Source: a virus
Strand: one strand, 5' to 3'
Length of the DNA: 40,876 bases
Virus record (IMG/VR): IMGVR_UViG_3300037483_001478
Coordinates: 135,989-176,864 of that record
Of the stretch, positions 1 through 10,049 are shown one piece after another (the first letter of the stretch is position 1; the number at the start of each line of letters is the position of its first letter). The position numbers and the translations under genes were made by a program. The notes under the pieces were generated by a model, which saw only the letters and a list, made by a program, of their open reading frames with translations, was not told the DNA's origin and made no database searches.

Positions 1-779
1 GCATTCTGACGAGCCCTGCCATCTCGCAGAGCATCGCATTCAACTTTATTCGCCGAAAAGCCACGCTGTCGGGGCCATACAGGGCTTCCTGCGCGAGCTT
101 CCGGATCCTGTCCAAGGATCGCGAATACCTCTCCTGATTTCCCTTTGGCCTGTGCATCACGCAAAGCCCACTTCAAACTAGCATCCAGCTCGCTAGCGTA
201 GACAGTTCCTGAAACAGTGCGGTCGTAGGCATCCCTACCTTGTATGACCCATTGGGCGGCCAGCACCAAATTGACAGCCAAGGGGGCCATTATCAGGTTG
301 CACTTCAGTATGCTGGCCAAAGCTTGCTGGGCAGACAGGCTGTCACCGTCTTCCAGGAGCGTGTCGATGGCCAAAGTCTCCCCATTTTCACACATCGACA
401 CAGGGCCTAGGTGTGTGTGGCTGCGACACATCTGCGGCCGCATTCCGTAAACCGAGCACTCCTTATCGACAAGGAAGGGGCAGGGAGTATGCTTACCGAA
501 CCACCCGGCTAGGCTGCTGCGGTCCTGCACTTCGGCATCTTTCACTATCTCGTCAATTCTTGAGCCTATCAACCCTTCGTACTGCCCTTTTTCTAGTAGG
601 TAATGGACAAGGGCGATCATCTCGGGAAGGCTAGTAATGACCGTAAGATAGCAGCAGGCGCTGCAACCCCGTGTGCAGGTTACTCTATCCCCCACGTTAT
701 TTTGGAGGATAGCCAACCGCCGGTCCATGGAGGCGTTGAGTGTACGCGACACGCGCACAACGTCGTCTAGGGTAGACAT
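1..779 (-). CDS. YkgJ-family (CxxxCxxCC) cysteine-cluster protein, runs off the left edge of the window
   Basis: Not in the ORF track because it has no stop in the window. Hand translation from ATG 779 (RBS CAGGAG): MSTLDDVV...CTRGCSACCY...CPFLVDKECSVYGMRPQMCR. Confidence 0.8.
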   Translation of the reverse strand, partial: MSTLDDVVRVSRTLNASMDRRLAILQNNVGDRVTCTRGCSACCYLTVITSLPEMIALVHYLLEKGQYEGLIGSRIDEIVKDAEVQDRSSLAGWFGKHTPCPFLVDKECSVYGMRPQMCRSHTHLGPVSMCENGETLAIDTLLEDGDSLSAQQALASILKCNLIMAPLAVNLVLAAQWVIQGRDAYDRTVSGTVYASELDASLKWALRDAQAKGKSGEVFAILGQDPEARAGSPVWPRQRGFSANKVECDALRDGRARQN

Positions 780-842
780 AAGGTCTCCTGTGTTTAGGTT
801 CACAGTCCTTATGCCAGATAAGGTAAAAGTTTTTTGCTTAGC

Positions 843-1868
843 TCAGTTGCCGGGGCGTTTGGCGTTTGCTGCCGCGTCTGCAGCCAACTTTTCAAATCGA
901 GCCGCGGTCTCGGTAGCTTTGGTGGAGTCCATGCTTTGGAGCGCCAGGGCGTTGATGCGGTCGTAGGCGGCCTCGAGCTTGGTGGTGAGGTTCTTTGCAG
1001 TTTCTTGGAGCTCGGCCACTTGTGCGTTGCGGGAGTTGAGGCGCTCTTCGGAAACGGTGAGCTTGGCTTCGAGCTCCACCTTCTGGGACCGCAGTGCTGC
1101 TTCCATCTGGCCTCGAGCAGCTTCCTTGGCACGAGCCACTGCTTCTGCTACGGCCACGTCCTTTGCCGCCTTCAGCTCTTCTAGCTCGGTGCGCAACTCT
1201 CCCATCTCGGATTCGATCTCAGAGCATGCATCCTCGCGCTTGACCAGGTCGTCTTCCAGATCTGCAAGGCGTTGGCGCTCTTTGGCGCAATCCTCGTCGA
1301 ACAGCCGTCGGTTTGCCGTGAGCTCGTCGTCCAGGTTGTCTCGAGCCATCTTCTTTTGCCGCTCAAAGTCGTAGGTGAACTCGGCCACAGCCCTTTCGTT
1401 GGCCTTCTTTGCTTCCTCGACCTTTTCGGCGTGAGACCGGTCTAGGTTCCGGCGCTCCTGAGCGAGCTCTTCTTTGTGGAAGGAAAGCTCGTTGCTGAGG
1501 GCGAACTTCATCGCGTTGTGGTCTCGGATGAGCTTTTCGGTCTCGTCCCTCTTGGTGTCGATGAAGTTGGCAAGCATGCCGACTTCGCGCTCGATGCCGT
1601 AGACCTCGCGCAACTCGTCGTCCTTCTTCGTGATGAGCTCATGCAGCTCCCCGAGCTTTGCCGAGGCGGAAAGGTAGTTCTTGCGCAAAGAGGCCACGGT
1701 GCTCTGGAAGTAGGTCTCGATCCCTTGAATGTCGAGCGATGGCTGCTCAGAAGTCTGCGAGGGCGGCTGGAAGTTCATTTCCTTTTGGGCTTGTAGCTTG
1801 GCTTCAGCTGCTCGCCACGCTTCGTAGATCTTCTCTTTCGTGCTCTTCATGGTCACCGGTGTTGTCAT
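843..1868 (-). CDS. Long coiled-coil protein
   Basis: E/K/A/L-rich heptad pattern; start ATG 1868 preceded by GGAGAAAC. Confidence 0.8.
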   Translation of the reverse strand: MTTPVTMKSTKEKIYEAWRAAEAKLQAQKEMNFQPPSQTSEQPSLDIQGIETYFQSTVASLRKNYLSASAKLGELHELITKKDDELREVYGIEREVGMLANFIDTKRDETEKLIRDHNAMKFALSNELSFHKEELAQERRNLDRSHAEKVEEAKKANERAVAEFTYDFERQKKMARDNLDDELTANRRLFDEDCAKERQRLADLEDDLVKREDACSEIESEMGELRTELEELKAAKDVAVAEAVARAKEAARGQMEAALRSQKVELEAKLTVSEERLNSRNAQVAELQETAKNLTTKLEAAYDRINALALQSMDSTKATETAARFEKLAADAAANAKRPGN

Positions 1869-2008
1869 GATAGTTTCTCCGTGATGGCTAAAAGATAGCC
1901 GTTGAAAGGTGAAACATCTTTCACAGAAGTGGCAGTACTGCAACGGTTAAGAGCAGCCTACTGCATAGGGCTGACAAAAAAGGTGGATCTAACGCTTGCT
2001 ACCGTTAT

Positions 2009-3359
2009 CCCAGGCGCCGTAAAACCCCGTCGTTCACGGCGGGGATATAAGGCGCAGCGGCAAAGCCGCTTCTTTTCTGTCGGTGGTCGGTGCTATGTAG
2101 TGCGGCTATGTTGCGCGTTCAAGCCTTCAAATATCGCTTGATGCCCACGGGGGATCAGGTCGAGATTCTTGAGCGGACCGCAGATATTTGTCGCTTCGTT
2201 TGGAATAGCGCATTGGCGCTGCAGAAGCATCGCCTGGAACGTGGCGGTCGGATTCTGCGTTACGAAGACATGGCCGGGGAGCTTCGCGATGCGAAGCGGA
2301 CCGAGGGGTTGGAATTTCTCAAAAAGGCACACAGCCAGGCGCAGCAGCAGAAGCTGATGGACTTGAGCCGGGCTTTCTCGGACTTCTTTTCTGGCAACAA
2401 AGGCTTTCCTCGCTTCAAGAAGAAGGGCCGTCATGACACCTTTCGACAACCCCAAGGGGTGGCTGTCGATAGGGCTAAAGTCCAACTGCCTGGTATTGGT
2501 TGGGTGCGATTTCGCAAGAGCCGCGAGGTGCTTGGCACCATCAAGAACGCCACGCTGTCCAAGCGTGGTGGCCATTGGTACGTTTCCCTGCAAACCGAGC
2601 GGGAAGTAACAGACCCCGTGCATCCATCCTCGTCTGAGGTCGGCATCGACATGGGTGTGGCGAAGTTCGCTGCCCTGTCGACCGGCGAGGATGTTCAGCC
2701 CATAGATAGCTTCCGGCGCATGGAACGGCAGATGGCCGTGGCACAGCGCCGCTTGCGCAACAAGGAGAAGTTCTCCAGCAACTGGAAGAAGCAGAAAGCG
2801 GCCATTGCCAAGATCCACATCCGCATAGCAGACGCTCGCAACGACTTTCTACACAAGACTTCCACGGCCATCAGCAAAAGCCACGCGATGGTGTGCATCG
2901 AAGACTTGAAGGTCGGCAACATGAGCGCTTCGGCACGTGGGACGGTGGATGATCCGGGCAAGAGGGTTCGGCAAAAGGCGGGGCTCAACAAGGCCATCCT
3001 CGACCAGGGGTGGTACGAGTTTCGCCGGCAGCTCACGTACAAGGCGCAGTGGCGCGGTGGCCGTGTGGTGGCGGTACCACCGCACCACACGAGCCAGACG
3101 TGCTCGCAGTGCGGACACGTTAGCGCCGAGAGCCGCCGTTCGCAGGCTCTCTTCGTCTGCGTTGCCTGCGCCCACGAGGACAATGCCGACACCAACGCCG
3201 CCAAGAATATTTTGAGGGCCGGGCAGGTCCTGTCTGTCTGTGGAGGGGGTCCGGTGGGGTCCCCTGCGAAGCAGAAACCGAGAGCGGGCCGTGAGGACCG
3301 CTCCCGAGCGGCGAAAGCCGCTTAGGAATCCTCGGCATTCATGCCGGGGAGGACGTCAA
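2009..3359 (+). mobile_element. TnpB-only IS200/IS605-family (IS1341-like) element
   Basis: Left-end hairpin AAAA-CCCCGTCGTTCACGGCGGGG downstream of TTAT (2005-2008); right-end GAAT-CCTCGGCATTCATGCCGGGG...GTCAA ending 3359; no tnpA. Confidence 0.85.
2108..3325 (+). CDS. tnpB: RNA-guided endonuclease TnpB
   Basis: AFKYRLMPT N-terminus, GFPRFKKK, RuvC motifs GIDMG / CIEDL / NADTNAA, Zn finger CSQCG..CVAC. Confidence 0.95.
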   Translation: MLRVQAFKYRLMPTGDQVEILERTADICRFVWNSALALQKHRLERGGRILRYEDMAGELRDAKRTEGLEFLKKAHSQAQQQKLMDLSRAFSDFFSGNKGFPRFKKKGRHDTFRQPQGVAVDRAKVQLPGIGWVRFRKSREVLGTIKNATLSKRGGHWYVSLQTEREVTDPVHPSSSEVGIDMGVAKFAALSTGEDVQPIDSFRRMERQMAVAQRRLRNKEKFSSNWKKQKAAIAKIHIRIADARNDFLHKTSTAISKSHAMVCIEDLKVGNMSASARGTVDDPGKRVRQKAGLNKAILDQGWYEFRRQLTYKAQWRGGRVVAVPPHHTSQTCSQCGHVSAESRRSQALFVCVACAHEDNADTNAAKNILRAGQVLSVCGGGPVGSPAKQKPRAGREDRSRAAKAA

Positions 3360-3452
3360 GAGTGGATCACCTTCGTAGCTGAAGGATTTGCTTAACGCCC
3401 CTCCCAAACTATTGGTTGAATTGCCGGGCCGTAATCCGGCCCGGCCCAACTC

Positions 3453-3821
3453 TTAGTCGTCTAGGCCAAATGCCTTGATACTTAGCATGGAAGCCTTTTC
3501 CCGCAACTTCCTGTAGTCGTCGTAGAACTTCAGGTCGCTGTAGATATGGTTTTCGCACACGTGAACGGCGCACAAGGGGCGTAGGTAGGGCTCAGCCACG
3601 CAGCCGTTGGGTCCCATGAGTGGTAGCTTGGGATGACCGGTAGGCTGGAGCTCGATGCCTAACTTCTTGGCGTGCTGGAAAGCGAGCTCGCAGTATTCAG
3701 GAGAGCAGCAGGAATGCGGACAACGGCACTGTCCGCACTTTGGGTTGGTCAGCTCGTATAGGTCTTCATAGACCTTTTTTACCGCCTTCAGCAGGGTAGG
3801 GGGTATTGTGTCCATGGGCAC
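3453..3821 (-). CDS. Cys-cluster protein, YkgJ-like
   Basis: CGQCRCPHSCC...GCVAEPYLRPLCAVHVC. Confidence 0.6.
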   Translation of the reverse strand: MPMDTIPPTLLKAVKKVYEDLYELTNPKCGQCRCPHSCCSPEYCELAFQHAKKLGIELQPTGHPKLPLMGPNGCVAEPYLRPLCAVHVCENHIYSDLKFYDDYRKLREKASMLSIKAFGLDD

Positions 3822-4161
3822 CTTTCTTCCTCATCCTTTCTTCCACTTTGAGTGTTATCTCGTGCAGGAATAGCACTTCGTCGTAGGTCAAGTACTCCCA
3901 GGCGTCGTAGCGCCCCAGTATCAGCTTGACGCGTGTATTCTCTGCCATAGCCAGCAAATGGTCTCGTTGAGTCACTGCGCGGATGTACCGAGAGACGGGT
4001 CCAGAAGGGCTGGGGTATGGTTTGGACCCGTCAGGCTGCCATCTAGACCCGTCATCGAGTTCCACAAAGCGCGAGGTAACACGCACTACCTGACCTATGC
4101 TGGGGGCGCGCACTGCCGGATTGCACACCGCAACATTCTGGCCTTTCCTAAACGCCTCCAT
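3766..4161 (-). CDS. Hypothetical protein
   Basis: GGAGGTG RBS; part of a packed minus-strand gene run. Confidence 0.65.
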   Translation of the reverse strand: MEAFRKGQNVAVCNPAVRAPSIGQVVRVTSRFVELDDGSRWQPDGSKPYPSPSGPVSRYIRAVTQRDHLLAMAENTRVKLILGRYDAWEYLTYDEVLFLHEITLKVEERMRKKGAHGHNTPYPAEGGKKGL

Positions 4162-4169
4162 CTCACCTC

Positions 4170-4553
4170 CTATTGCAGAACTCTCAGGTCTGCCACGACC
4201 TCAAGCCATTTGGGGTCAACGTCGTTCACCAGGAAAGGCGGAGGGGGCACATCGACAAGAGTACCTAGCGCGTCGTATACCTGGGCCCCCACTCTGTGCT
4301 TCTTGTGTGTCACGACGTGGGTGCACCGGAAGCACACCAGGGCCTTACAGTCGCCATACGCAGTGATAATCCCCTCGCTGCCTTCCGCAGTGAACCTATA
4401 TGGGGCTTCTTTGACCACTCTGTACAGAAAGTAGCCTGGGTAGGTGATGGCAGTATTGCGAGCCACCTCGGGCCAGGACTTTTGGCTTTCTAGCCGGGCT
4501 TCATTGGTTTGTGCATCGAGCAGGTAAGGCTCGACGTCAGTCTTGATGTCCAT
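4170..4553 (-). CDS. Hypothetical protein
   Basis: Probable start MDIKTD with GGAGG RBS. Confidence 0.6.
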   Translation of the reverse strand: MDIKTDVEPYLLDAQTNEARLESQKSWPEVARNTAITYPGYFLYRVVKEAPYRFTAEGSEGIITAYGDCKALVCFRCTHVVTHKKHRVGAQVYDALGTLVDVPPPPFLVNDVDPKWLEVVADLRVLQ

Positions 4554-5007
4554 TGCCTCCCTCAGCTTCTTTGATTCTTGCTTCTGCCTTCTCGATGTAG
4601 TGCTCGGACATCTCTCCTCGGCGTATAGCCCCCTCGATCGCTTTGATTGTCTTACTGTTGATGGGAGCGCCTGCCACAAGGGCGAGCAGCCTAGGGCTTG
4701 CCGGCATGCACGCTGCAACCCAAGCAGGGTCTACCCATCTGTAGGAAGCATGGTTGAGGTAAGGGTGTAACCACAGTACGACAATGTGGCCCGTAGCGTC
4801 GGCCCCGTCATTGTCGCATTGAGCAATGCGCCCTAAGACTCTTCCATAACTCAACCCTAGCCCGTCATCCTCCTGCCATACCAGCCAATCCCCAGGACGG
4901 GCCTCTCGAGTGCTGTACCCCATCGTGGAAGCGTTGGCGCAGAACACCATTTTTTCTGTGATGACACATCTTCGGCTCAAGCCATCACCGCCAATATCTA
5001 GCTTCAC
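4537..5007 (-). CDS. Hypothetical protein
   Basis: ORF coupled to both neighbours. Confidence 0.6.
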   Translation of the reverse strand: MKLDIGGDGLSRRCVITEKMVFCANASTMGYSTREARPGDWLVWQEDDGLGLSYGRVLGRIAQCDNDGADATGHIVVLWLHPYLNHASYRWVDPAWVAACMPASPRLLALVAGAPINSKTIKAIEGAIRRGEMSEHYIEKAEARIKEAEGGNGHQD

Positions 5008-5324
5008 TTCTTGCCTCCATTCTTTGGTTCTCCGCTCACATGCCCTTTGCCCTTACAGGTAGGGCACATTACCTGGTGGGCGACGTCCTGCAGCTTCTTG
5101 GCAAAAGCCCTGCCAGTCGTAGAGTAGCCACAACCAATGCATTCCACGACGCCCTTGTCGTGGAGCTCTGGACAATCTTCATGTGCCCCTTCTGTGGGCT
5201 CATAGATTGCGAAGTCGCCTACCTTTCTACCGCAGCGTGGGCAGTTAAACTCTTCGTCGGCGGGCTGGTAAAGGGTGTGCTTTGCTCCGCACAAGAATTT
5301 TCCCTTAGTCATCCTCTTCCTCAA
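5004..5324 (-). CDS. Zn-finger protein
   Basis: CPRCG, CIGCG, CPTCKGKG motifs. Confidence 0.65.
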   Translation of the reverse strand: MRKRMTKGKFLCGAKHTLYQPADEEFNCPRCGRKVGDFAIYEPTEGAHEDCPELHDKGVVECIGCGYSTTGRAFAKKLQDVAHQVMCPTCKGKGHVSGEPKNGGKK

Positions 5325-6031
5325 GCCTTTTTGTCCCCACGGACGGAGGAGCTCTCATGGCCAACCATTTGTCCGCGAACTCTTGCGGGTCTTTTTCCAA
5401 CGCGGCTGCCCCCGCCTTAGCCAGCGCGAATGACGCCAGTGCGTCTATCTCGATCTGCGCGTGCGTAGTTGTGTGCTCCACCGCTTCCTGAAAGAGCTCC
5501 AGCTGGTATGGTATGTTGTGGACCACCTCACGGCGCACCCCATTGAATAGCTCCATTATCCTCTTTCTATCGCTTTTGAGGATGCTGGGCTTGTCCATGA
5601 GATACTTCACTTCCAACACCATGCTATTCAGGTTGTTCACGAGGTCTTGCTGCTTCTTCTTGAAGTTCTCCTGGATATTCTCTGCTCTTTATATCGGTAG
5701 GCGGCAAAGGGCGGGCCACCCCTCCTACGCTGCGCAAAGTACAAGGTACTCCCGGTGCCGTATTCATTGTGGTCAACAAGGAGGCGAATTGCGCGGCGCT
5801 GAGCCACACTTCGGCTACTCTGTCTGTGCCAAAGTACGTCTCGTCACCATCCTCTCGTCTCACTTTTGCATTGCACAGCTGTAGGATGATGAATTGACCG
5901 TGGTTACGTAGCTTGCTGCCGAATAGCGTGGGAGATCCAGAAGCCCTAGACAACATGACTACACCGTAAGATGGGTGCGTTTCCCACGTACCAAAACTGT
6001 CTTTCTCGAAAGTTCTCTTGTCGTCGCTCAT
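5305..6031 (-). pseudogene. Phage protein split by an apparent frameshift near 5685
   Basis: ORF 5624-6031 continues naturally (...DIK / AENIQENFKKKQQDLVNNLN...) into the frame of 5305-5640. Confidence 0.55.
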
Positions 6032-6390
6032 TATTTACTCCAGTGCTCTCTAACTTTTTCCCACAAAGACCTGGCTGCCGCCCTTCGTGCTACCCGCTCT
6101 CTGCCCGAATGGCTTATCTCTTTTCCCTTCTTTAGCGGTAGCACCACGCGGTGGCTCAACACCTGCGGCGCTACCGTAAGCGCCCAATTTCTCAGCGCAG
6201 GAGGTAAACCCTTCAAGTCAACTGTCACGTCCGCGCTGTAGTCGACACCAAATGCGCAAAGAATGAACGCGCTCTCCAGCGTTATCGAATCCAGTTGCGT
6301 AGATGAGGAAGGCTGCGCAGGGAGCTCCTCTGGCTGCGTCTTAGGGTGTTTAGGACAAGGTGTGTTGGGGTACGCACAGGTGCAATTCAT
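6031..6390 (-). CDS. Hypothetical protein
   Basis: Coupled ORF with RBS. Confidence 0.55.
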   Translation of the reverse strand: MNCTCAYPNTPCPKHPKTQPEELPAQPSSSTQLDSITLESAFILCAFGVDYSADVTVDLKGLPPALRNWALTVAPQVLSHRVVLPLKKGKEISHSGRERVARRAAARSLWEKVREHWSK

Positions 6391-6809
6391 TTATCTGTCT
6401 CCTTCTCTACTACCTCAACAAACTCTCCATGCTCGTCGAAGCCATGCTCCAATGCGGGGGCGCCGGCTAAACGTTCTGCGGCCCTTTCAAGAGTCGAACG
6501 GTACCCGTACTCCCCCCAACCTTTGTCCCGCCTGTTGAGCAACCAGCAAATGTTGGCCGCGTCTGAATGCAAAGTTCTCGCTACGGTCAACAGCAGTACA
6601 GGGTACATCGTGTTGCCAAAACGACAGCAGTCTTCGTGGTTGCCTCTTCGGTGTGTGCATGCCAAGAAGCCATTGGGCTCAGCTTCTTCCCGCTTGGCTA
6701 TCCCTTCCCAAAGGTGATGTAGGCTTTTAGGCCTGATAGCGCACCCGGGGTAACGCACTGCATTTTGTTGCTTTTCCTCAATGATTTCCATAAGATAGGG
6801 GCATTCCAT
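6387..6809 (-). CDS. Hypothetical protein
   Basis: ORF with RBS, 4-bp overlap with next gene. Confidence 0.6.
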   Translation of the reverse strand: MECPYLMEIIEEKQQNAVRYPGCAIRPKSLHHLWEGIAKREEAEPNGFLACTHRRGNHEDCCRFGNTMYPVLLLTVARTLHSDAANICWLLNRRDKGWGEYGYRSTLERAAERLAGAPALEHGFDEHGEFVEVVEKETDK

Positions 6810-6903
6810 AAAGTCCTTCCCTGATTCGGGTTTATGTAAAAGATGGCAAACGTGGTCATGCCATGGCTAGCATTTACCCCACTTCGATGATAGATGCTAG
6901 ACT

Positions 6904-7233
6904 ATGCAGCCCATCGTGAAAGCCCTTCGGTCTCGCTATGTGAACACGGTCTACAACACGACCCCTATCCGCCAACGCGTGGAGCTCCACATTGATTGGC
7001 AATCGTGGCGAGTGGGGGCGCAGTGGCGGAGGAACAAGCTGGCGGGCACTATCTTAACCAGTACCACGGTGGACGATTCGAGATACCGGGTGGAACTCCG
7101 CTATTGGAGTCTCGACCTTCACTTGTTGTGCTTCACGCTACGCTTCTACGACGAATACCCGACTAACCCTGTCCTTATCCAAAGGCCCACGGTGGTGCCT
7201 TTTAGGAGGCGACGTCATGGACTTGGTAATTAG
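6904..7233 (+). CDS. Hypothetical protein
   Basis: Divergent plus-strand gene pair. Confidence 0.5.
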   Translation: MQPIVKALRSRYVNTVYNTTPIRQRVELHIDWQSWRVGAQWRRNKLAGTILTSTTVDDSRYRVELRYWSLDLHLLCFTLRFYDEYPTNPVLIQRPTVVPFRRRRHGLGN

Positions 7234-7570
7234 GAATCTACCCACAGACAGTTGTCTAATAAGATTCGGCGACAAACCTGGCGAGGCATCCATACGTTGG
7301 CACGATGGGGTATTCGAGCTAGAGCTGCATGGTGAAGTCTTTCTGCGCGCTACGCAATACGAAGTGAGGGTTCGCGGGGAGAAGGTGGACCCGAGTGCTA
7401 TCTATAGCGCGTTGGCGTTGTTCTTTTGGCGCGTGGGAGTTTCCGACGTGCTTGAGAAGGAAGGTGGCATCTCCGCTGTGCTAGAGGACTTGAAGTCCAA
7501 GCACTTGTTGGCAGAGAAGGGCAAGGCCAATAGGAACTTAGGAATCCTCGACGTCCTCAACAGTCCTTGA
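7217..7570 (+). CDS. Hypothetical protein
   Basis: AGGAGG RBS. Confidence 0.6.
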   Translation: MDLVIRNLPTDSCLIRFGDKPGEASIRWHDGVFELELHGEVFLRATQYEVRVRGEKVDPSAIYSALALFFWRVGVSDVLEKEGGISAVLEDLKSKHLLAEKGKANRNLGILDVLNSP

Positions 7571-7942
7571 GGTGACCTCTTTTAGCTTACCTGCGTCTAC
7601 CGCAAGGCTCTTAATGGGTACTGTGCCTCGAATAGCTATACCCACAGTGAGGTTTTTGTTCGAACACACAGTGAATGCCCGCAGAGCTTGCGCAAAAGCT
7701 TCCTTGCTTGCCTCTGCCAAGTAGTAGTTATTGCTGAGCAAGAACAGTTTTGCAGGCGTCCACAGCTCCAGAAGTACCTGTTCCGTAGCCAGTGCTGGAG
7801 GTAGGTTGTCGAACATATCCGGCTGAGCCTCGGCTCTGAACGTCATCACTCCAAGGCCGTACCCTTCAAGAGGGATAGCAATCACCACGTCTCCAGACCG
7901 CTTTGCTAGTACGCACACGTCAAGAGGCATCTTGGGCAACAT
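7538..7942 (-). CDS. Hypothetical protein
   Basis: ORF in minus-strand run. Confidence 0.55.
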   Translation of the reverse strand: MLPKMPLDVCVLAKRSGDVVIAIPLEGYGLGVMTFRAEAQPDMFDNLPPALATEQVLLELWTPAKLFLLSNNYYLAEASKEAFAQALRAFTVCSNKNLTVGIAIRGTVPIKSLAVDAGKLKEVTSRTVEDVEDS

Positions 7943-8189
7943 TGCTCTTCTCCATCCACTCTTTGCCCGCTGCCGATAGGCCTTCGCGCGTCCACAACAC
8001 TTCTACTAGCACGCACCCTGGACTGCTCATGTAGCGCCTCATGTCGTTGGCGTCGTACGCGATAAAGTAGCTCAGACCTCCATTGAACGTGTTTCTGTAG
8101 CGGCCGATAGCCCACACTTGCGGATCGCCGTCGAACACGCCATTGTTCTTGACTAGTTCTACACAAGATTCCTCGTTAACGGTCGCCAT
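7920..8189 (-). CDS. Hypothetical protein
   Basis: AGGAGG RBS. Confidence 0.65.
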   Translation of the reverse strand: MATVNEESCVELVKNNGVFDGDPQVWAIGRYRNTFNGGLSYFIAYDANDMRRYMSSPGCVLVEVLWTREGLSAAGKEWMEKSNVAQDAS

Positions 8190-8235
8190 AACGGCCTCCT
8201 GGCTAAGTCGACGCGCTTGCGCGTCGACCGTGTGG

Positions 8236-8619
8236 TTATTTGAGCATCGGCCTCACAAACAGATCTTGGAGCGCATCGATTGGGTAATACCTCAGCAGTG
8301 CGCCCATGCAAGCCATGCTCAGATGCGCATCGTCAACCGTATAGAGCGTGATGTTCAATACGGAGAGCACTTTGTCGGGCTTGACGGGCGCCAGTGCGTT
8401 CAGCACTTTGTGCTTCACTTGCGCCAGTGGAATGCTCAAGAGCCTGCATTGGAACTCGTTATTCTCGCATTGCTCGTAGGCTCTTGCTGCGAGAATGTAG
8501 AAGGGCGTCAGTCGACCGCCCTTGTGGAATATTCCGAGGGGGGCGTGTCCTCCGGTGAAATACCCCAGGCCACTTCTGTTGATCTTTTGAGACATCACCG
8601 TGCGAATAGCCACATCCAT
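8236..8619 (-). CDS. Hypothetical protein
   Basis: ORF followed by hairpin GTCGACGCGC..GCGCGTCGAC+TTAGC. Confidence 0.5.
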   Translation of the reverse strand: MDVAIRTVMSQKINRSGLGYFTGGHAPLGIFHKGGRLTPFYILAARAYEQCENNEFQCRLLSIPLAQVKHKVLNALAPVKPDKVLSVLNITLYTVDDAHLSMACMGALLRYYPIDALQDLFVRPMLK

Positions 8620-8738
8620 TTTGTTGCCTTTCTGAAGGGGCCGCCACCGCTGCTCCTGAAAGCCGAGGAAACAACGGTGGCGGCTCGTACTGTGAAGAGA
8701 TGAACCACAGCAGGAGAACTGTTCTCTTCACAAAGGTC

Positions 8739-9041
8739 TTATACCGTATAAGCCAAAGGGTTTTTCGCAGCGGGCCAAGCGTCGTCGCGCTCCATCTTGG
8801 ACAGCTCAGCCGCGGAGATACCAAGCCGTTTAGCCTCTTGCCTTAGGCTTAGTCCTCTCTTGATCCTGTCGTCCCTGAGTATCCTACCTTTTTTCGGGTC
8901 GAAGCTAGCAGGTACTACCTTACGACCTTTGCAGGTGAAGCAGTTGACGATACGCATTTCTCCAGGCCGGTCAGTGTATTCCACAAACACGGGCCCTGAT
9001 TTGCCTGTGCCAGTACACACAGGGCATGTCTTCACTTTCAT
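8739..9041 (-). CDS. DnaJ-type Zn finger fused to an XRE-like HTH
   Basis: CPVCTGTG, CFTCKG; RIKRGLSLRQEAKRLGISAAELSKMER. Confidence 0.7.
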   Translation of the reverse strand: MKVKTCPVCTGTGKSGPVFVEYTDRPGEMRIVNCFTCKGRKVVPASFDPKKGRILRDDRIKRGLSLRQEAKRLGISAAELSKMERDDAWPAAKNPLAYTV

Positions 9042-9686
9042 TGTAGTTCCTAAAGGGGTTCTTCTGTGGGGCCAGCACAGAGGTTGGAGTCGGCAAGATC
9101 GTCTTCGTCGTGGCAGTCGCATAGGCAGGGCAGCAGTAAGCGGTCTATTGCGGTTCCTTCAAGCTCAGCTTGGCATTCCCAAGTATCTTCTTTGAGGCAC
9201 TTGGGCTTTCTAACGCACCCTTCGAGCATCACGCAGCTCCAGGTGCGCTAGGCCGCTCCTCGTTCGCGAGGGCTTCCAGCTTGCCCAGCTCGACTGCTTC
9301 CCCAATGATGACGCGCATTGCTCTCAAACGCTGCATGTCGTCGAGGTCCTCGTCTTTCATGAGCTTCCACATAGACAGTTCGATGCCTTCACGGTCCATG
9401 ACGTCTCCGATTGTTGAGCCCAGAAGCGGGCGTGAGTGCGTAAAGGTGGAGCAAGAAGGGGGAGCGAGATAGGCACGTGTCATCTGCAGTAGCAGCCATT
9501 ACTGACGGCCTGAGGTGCTTCTCTGTTCGCTTTACGGGCCATTGTGCAGCCAATGGGTGACCCCTTCCTGCTCCTAGCCTACTGGTGGCGCCACCAGTAG
9601 GAAAATAGGATCTATCGTATATTTTTCTTTAACGTCAAGAGGTTTTTAGTGTAGTAGCTCATCTATCTTTCACAGGAGACCAAAAA

Positions 9687-10049
9687 ATGGTCGATCGTCT
9701 GGTTGATTATTTGAACGGGCTGTGCTCCCTAGACCCAGAAACTGTCGATGCCCTCATTGAGCAGCGGGTAGACTGCACCGAGGCCTTGGCATCCCACGAG
9801 CATCTTGTGGCCGTTGAGTCATCCGAAGGTGACCTACAAGTAGGAATGCTGGGCGTCTTGAACGGTTTTGTTAAGCAGCTCACCGGAGGCAAGACCGTAA
9901 TAGGGGCCAACTACGAGACGCGCTGTGGATGCACTGTCTGCTTGGGAAGAGCGGGCCAACCATGTAGCTCCTGCGGCCGGATTGTGAAGCTGGGTAAGCT
10001 GTTGGGATTCACTCTCCACGATAGGCCTGAAGGTCCTAAAAATGAGTAG
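9687..10049 (+). CDS. Hypothetical phage protein
   Basis: CAGGAG RBS; VGMLGVLNG motif. Confidence 0.7.
   Translation: MVDRLVDYLNGLCSLDPETVDALIEQRVDCTEALASHEHLVAVESSEGDLQVGMLGVLNGFVKQLTGGKTVIGANYETRCGCTVCLGRAGQPCSSCGRIVKLGKLLGFTLHDRPEGPKNE

Noticed and set aside
2093-3204. Long minus-strand ORFs within tnpB
   Set aside because: Antisense shadows of a GC-rich gene.
9578-9601. Perfect palindrome CCTACTGGTGGC-GCCACCAGTAGG
   Set aside because: Single copy between divergent genes; most likely an ordinary operator or terminator, unrelated to the AATGGCCATGGCCATT family.
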